A stretch of 59,605 bases of DNA from a virus (Duplodnaviria > Caudoviricetes): IMG/VR virus record IMGVR_UViG_3300044615_000612, positions 1 to 59,605 of that record. The stretch is one strand, 5' to 3'. A program made the translations under genes and the position numbers. Below, piece after piece: positions 55,738-59,605 of this stretch. The notes under the pieces were generated by a model, which saw nothing but the letters and a program-made list of their open reading frames with translations, made no database searches and was not told the origin of the DNA. The first letter of the stretch is position 1; each line of letters starts with the position of its first letter.

Positions 55738-55909
55738 AACCACGCCGAACCGGGGGCCGAAAACCTGCTGGGAGCGAGGACGGGGGCAATAGGCACCCCC
55801 ACCTATACAAGCAAGAAGTTGAAAATCGATTTAGGGGCATCCCCACCCCTACAAGCTTCCAATTTAAATTCGGCTAGGGGCCGGCAAACGGGAACCACGC
55901 CGAACCGGG
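55738..55909. repeat. 17-bp direct repeat AACCACGCCGAACCGGG, two copies
   Basis: Exact copies at 55738-55754 and 55893-55909. Confidence 0.8.
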
Positions 55910-56320
55910 ATGTGGGAAAAAATCCAGGAGGGGATATGACAAATGACTGATTCGACGATTGGGGGGGGGCCGGGGGGCGTCTTGGCCACCCTCCGATCCA
56001 CCACCCCCTCGCCGCCCCGGTCCGGCGGCGTCCGGGCTGCTCATCGCCCCGGGCCGCAAGCCTCGGCGGTGCAAGGGGTTGCGCGTCTGCCGACGTTCGT
56101 ACGGCGATTCCCCCCTTTTGGGCCGCGTGGATGCGGCGGTGGCGGGCGGGATCGGCCGCGTGGCGTGGCGTTGTGCCGTGCATCTGCAACCTTCGACCCG
56201 GTGCCGATGGTCGCGGGGCGGTGCCGCGCTTCCCCGTTGGGGCATGCTGCGGCGTGTTCGGTGGGGCGGGTCATCCCCCGGGGCGGCGACAGTGCGCGCC
56301 CCGGGGGCGTTTCCCTTTGG

Positions 56321-56968
56321 TCAGGCCTGCCACCACGGGCGTGGCTCGGCTGCGGGCCGGGCCGGGCGGTCTGCGGCCCGGGCGTACTCTGCTTCAAGGT
56401 CAAACGGAAGCCCGCGGTGTTCCGTTCCGTCCCCGGGCTGCGCTGGCGTGCCGCGTGTCGGCGGTGCCGTTCCCGGGCCGGTGCCGATGATGCTCGGCGT
56501 GGTGCCGGGTTCATGGACGGCGGCGGTTGGTCCGATCCCCTGCGACGCCAGAACGGCATCTAGGGCGCTTTCCGCTCCGGCGGCACGGGTTGCTGCGGCG
56601 CGTTGGAGACTGCCCCAGCCATCGGCGGTCGCGGCCAGTTGCAACGGCGTGAGGTTGGCGGACCGCTCACGGTAGACGGCCATCGTCGCCATTTCCACGG
56701 CGCGTGTCTGCTCATCGCCCCGGGTGCGCTGGGCGCGTGGCATGAGGCGAGCCCACCCGTAGCGTCGGCATGCTCTTACCTCCCATGCGGCGGCGATGCG
56801 GGCCGATGCGGGGCAGCGTTTGGCGTGGTTCCGGAAGAGAATCCGATCCAGCGCTGTTTGGGCTAGATCGTCTGCGGTGCTGGGATCGTATCCGGCTCGG
56901 ATCGCAGCCCCGTAGATGATCCTGCGGGCTGCGTTCCATTCTTCGGCGGTGGTGTTGGGGTGGTTCAT
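56321..56968 (-). CDS. Protein with ECF sigma region-2-like N-terminus
   Basis: AAIRAGYDPSTADDLAQTALDRIL resembles AEDLxQE; promoter and SD upstream. Confidence 0.55.
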   Translation of the reverse strand: MNHPNTTAEEWNAARRIIYGAAIRAGYDPSTADDLAQTALDRILFRNHAKRCPASARIAAAWEVRACRRYGWARLMPRAQRTRGDEQTRAVEMATMAVYRERSANLTPLQLAATADGWGSLQRAAATRAAGAESALDAVLASQGIGPTAAVHEPGTTPSIIGTGPGTAPPTRGTPAQPGDGTEHRGLPFDLEAEYARAADRPARPAAEPRPWWQA

Positions 56969-57017
56969 GGTTTCAATTCTCCGGGGTGTTACATGCCTAG
57001 CGTTGGCATGTACTGGG

Positions 57018-57045
57018 ATTGTAGCAGGGTGTGAAACAAAGTCAA
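57018..57045 (-). promoter_or_regulatory. Strong sigma-70 promoter with extended -10
   Basis: TTGACT-N16-TACAAT with TGn; inverted repeat ACATGCC-N7-GGCATGT at 56991-57011 just downstream. Confidence 0.75.
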
Positions 57046-57296
57046 CGTCTGCGTCTCTTGGCCGGTGTATACGGTCTGCGGTTGGCGGGACACTCCCAGC
57101 GGTAGCGCTGGACGACCTGTAAAGTGTCATTGTCGGTAACGGTGACATAGGCCACGGTGGCCTTTGTATAGGCTCGCGTGACGTTCGCCACCCAAGCGAC
57201 GACTGCCGGTAGGCTTTCGTTCTGAGCGTGACGATAGAGCGACGATATCGGTATGCCGTGAGTGCGGGTTTCTGCGATGATCTCGGCGGTGAACAC
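57042..57296 (-). CDS. Hypothetical protein
   Basis: GGAG SD, GTG start. Confidence 0.5.
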   Translation of the reverse strand: MFTAEIIAETRTHGIPISSLYRHAQNESLPAVVAWVANVTRAYTKATVAYVTVTDNDTLQVVQRYRWECPANRRPYTPAKRRRR

Positions 57297-57360
57297 TGTG
57301 CGATTCTCCGGGGCGGTTGCCCCTCCCGGGCCAATTCCCGGGAGGGGTGGGGCGTGACGC

Positions 57361-57624
57361 TCATTCCTTCGATGCGAGCCGGCCGGCGTTCTCACTAAGA
57401 AAGGACCGCAGCGCCGGGGTGGCTTCGATGAGCGCTTCCCATTGGCTGCGGTAGAGCGTCGTAGGCCAACGGCCGAGACCGTAGACGCTCACGGCTCCCT
57501 TCTCTGACACCTTGAAGGTGATGCGCTTCACACTGGCAACGGCGGCGGCTGCCTTGGCTGCCTCCAGTTCGGCTCGGAGGGCGGCAAGTTCAACGTCGCG
57601 TGGGTCGGGAATCTGCTTCGGCAT
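57361..57624 (-). CDS. Conserved small protein (KVSEKGAVSVYGLGRxPxTLY type)
   Basis: Recognisable motif; N-terminal coiled coil. Confidence 0.8.
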   Translation of the reverse strand: MPKQIPDPRDVELAALRAELEAAKAAAAVASVKRITFKVSEKGAVSVYGLGRWPTTLYRSQWEALIEATPALRSFLSENAGRLASKE

Positions 57625-57674
57625 GGTATCGGCTCCGGGGTGGTAACTGCGGGGCCGTCGATCGGCCCCCCGTG

Positions 57675-57725
57675 AATAGTTCACCGCGGCACCCCAAAAA
57701 TTTTTCCGGGTCGCGGTGAACTATT
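57675..57725. promoter_or_regulatory. Palindromic control element between divergent operons
   Basis: Perfect 14-bp IR AATAGTTCACCGCG/CGCGGTGAACTATT around AAAAATTTTT. Confidence 0.7.
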
Positions 57726-57877
57726 TAGGGGCGACGAAAATCGGCCGGTTCGGTCGGTCGCCCCCCAGTGCCATGCCCTCCGGGGCTGGTATTTGGGTGC
57801 GGGCAGCGCAGGGGCTTTTGCCCCGTGCGGACAGCGCATGGGCTCTCTTTCCGTGCGGACAGCAATGGAGGTTTTCC

Positions 57878-58759
57878 ATGTACAAGGTTGCGCAGATTCT
57901 CCAGCCCGGTGAGGGTAATGCCAAGATTTCCCACCATGGCACTGACTACAAGGTCTTCACCATCTCACTGGCATCGTCTGACAGCTCTGGACATAACACC
58001 TGTCCACGGGCTTTGAAACGCTCTGTCATGGAGTGGATGCTGGATCAGGGTAAGGACATTCATGACATTGCCGCCTATGCCAATGCCCGTGGGTTGTCTA
58101 CCTGTTCTGGCCCCTGTGTCACCTGGGAGGCAGGCCATGGCAGGACTGACCATGTGCGTCAGGCCAGGGTCAACCTGACCAACTGGTTGTTTGAGAATCC
58201 CCGGTCGTTCAAGGCGTACCTGCTGCGCCAGATGACCAGCCTGACCAAGTACCACTCTGACGCTGAGATCGCCTGTCGGCCCAATGTCGATAGCGATGTC
58301 AACTGGCTGGCACTGGTGCGGGAGATGTTCGACTTCCTGTGGCGGTTCTGGGACTACACCAAATGCTCTGAGCGGCTGGGCAATGTCCCCTCCAACTACC
58401 ACCTGACCTACTCCGTCAACGACGGTACGCAGGCCAGGGACTGGGACAGGGTCTACCGCACCAACTCCAACATCGCCGTGGTGTTTGACTCCCTGTGGAA
58501 CCCATGGGGGTCCAAGTTCGGCTACCTGCCTGCCACCTGGACTGACCCGTTTGGCAGGGTCTGGCCTGTGGTGGACGGCGACCGGCAGGAACTGCGGTTT
58601 CTGGACCCTGTCGGCGTCTGCGTTGGCCTGCGTCTCAAGGGTGACGAGGACAAGCGGGACGATGCCTGCGAGACCGACTTCGTTGCGCCAGTGGGCATCA
58701 CTGGCTTTGACACCATCCATCCGGCCGATGCCCCGGTCGGCCATTACCTGGGAGTGTGA
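57878..58759 (+). CDS. GP88-family protein
   Basis: TCP...CSGPC, RPNVDSD, FWDYTK, NYHLTYS, NIAVVF, VDGD..ELRFLDP...VGLRLKG. Confidence 0.85.
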   Translation: MYKVAQILQPGEGNAKISHHGTDYKVFTISLASSDSSGHNTCPRALKRSVMEWMLDQGKDIHDIAAYANARGLSTCSGPCVTWEAGHGRTDHVRQARVNLTNWLFENPRSFKAYLLRQMTSLTKYHSDAEIACRPNVDSDVNWLALVREMFDFLWRFWDYTKCSERLGNVPSNYHLTYSVNDGTQARDWDRVYRTNSNIAVVFDSLWNPWGSKFGYLPATWTDPFGRVWPVVDGDRQELRFLDPVGVCVGLRLKGDEDKRDDACETDFVAPVGITGFDTIHPADAPVGHYLGV

Positions 58760-58761
58760 GC

Positions 58762-58935
58762 ATGAACTACGACTGGCTGGGTTATGGACTGCTACTGAAG
58801 TTTGACAACGGCACCGTCTTCCTTCAGGGGGACGAGGCATCTGAGTTGTACGACCAACTAGAGGAATGCAGCAGCGTAGAGGAGTTTGGGTTGCTGATTG
58901 GTGACTACGCGGAACTGGCCGAAAAGGAGGACTGA
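58762..58935 (+). CDS. 57-aa acidic protein (not in the ORF track)
   Basis: Hand translation MNYDWLGYGLLLKFDNGTVFLQGDEASELYDQLE...; GGAG SD. Confidence 0.7.
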   Translation: MNYDWLGYGLLLKFDNGTVFLQGDEASELYDQLEECSSVEEFGLLIGDYAELAEKED

Positions 58936-58936
58936 C

Positions 58937-59155
58937 ATGTACGACGTGCTATCCCCTGACGGTTTTTCTATAACGCCTGACGAGGTCTACCCGGATCTGG
59001 AATCGGCCCATGCTGCGGCGGTGGCATTTGCCGAGCGGTTTCAGTTTCAGGGCTTCTACAGCACTGCTAGGCGGGAGCGTATCCCGCTGACTGACATTGC
59101 GGGCAGGTGCCGCATTGTTGAGGTACCGGACGACTACTTGGAGGAGGATGAGTGA
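58937..59155 (+). CDS. Conserved small phage protein (VLSPDGF...QGYYS type)
   Basis: AGGAGG SD; MYDVLSPDGFSI. Confidence 0.75.
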   Translation: MYDVLSPDGFSITPDEVYPDLESAHAAAVAFAERFQFQGFYSTARRERIPLTDIAGRCRIVEVPDDYLEEDE

Positions 59156-59487
59156 TGAGTCACACACCAGGACCGTGGCACTACCACTACGCCACTGCGG
59201 TTGGCGAGGAAAGCGAGGACGGCGACTACAACGCAGCATTCGGAATCACCAGCCGCAGCAAGGAAGAGTTCCAGGCAGACGGCAACCGCGGTGATCTGGT
59301 GGCCTATGTGCCATGGGACTGTGATCACATTGCCAATGCCCGCCTCATCGCCGCTGCGCCGGAGATGCTGGCTGCCCTGCGGGAACTTGTCCACTATGAC
59401 GAAGGCAGTAGTGAGCAGGGGTCTTACGGATACGAAGTTCTGAGTCGATGCAAGGCAGTCATCGCCAAAGCAGAAGGGAGGGAGTGA
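59155..59487 (+). CDS. TPGPW...ANARLIAAAPE-family protein
   Basis: Both motifs present; TGATG coupling. Confidence 0.8.
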   Translation: MSHTPGPWHYHYATAVGEESEDGDYNAAFGITSRSKEEFQADGNRGDLVAYVPWDCDHIANARLIAAAPEMLAALRELVHYDEGSSEQGSYGYEVLSRCKAVIAKAEGRE

Positions 59488-59605
59488 TGGGCATTACCAA
59501 TCCGCCTGCCGCGTGCGAATTGCACAGTGCGTTGGCTGACATGCTGGAGGAGTATGAATACGACACCGAATGCCATGAGCAGTCCGGGATGAACACCCGG
59601 TCACA
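59252..59605. repeat. Terminal direct repeat / circular overlap, right copy
   Basis: 347 of 354 nt identical to 1-354. Confidence 0.95.

Noticed and set aside
55803-56675. Pro/Arg/Gly-rich ORFs on both strands
   Set aside because: Composition reflects extreme GC and homopolymer runs; no SD or family motifs.

Overview
The window looks like an essentially complete, GC-rich tailed dsDNA phage genome. The unit length is about 59,251 bp: positions 1-354 recur at 59252-59605 with 7 mismatches. Virion genes (portal, TerL, scaffold, HK97-fold capsid, adaptor/nozzle, ejection proteins, several fibres, no tape measure or sheath) point to a podovirus-like particle. A Planctomycetota host is plausible from gene content but is only an inference. 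Layout: (i) a + strand run of short early genes (57878 across the join to 6590), coupled by near-identical SD/TGATG junctions and ending in a serine recombinase; (ii) a - strand block (18065 to 6145) of RecE-like exonuclease, Erf, SSB, SF2 helicase, HNH, resolvase, a subtilisin + papain + membrane-protein cassette with no recognisable endolysin, and a sigma-70-like factor; (iii) a lone + strand tyrosine recombinase; (iv) a long - strand late block (55723 to 19071) with two glycosyltransferases. The most striking signal is the start of the late block. There a zincin-like peptidase, an ART-PolyVal-like ADP-ribosyltransferase and two small unrelated proteins all carry an N-terminal IR[RK]L motif, suggesting a peptide-tagged capsid-cargo system. 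All product calls come from motif recognition by eye; no database searches were run.
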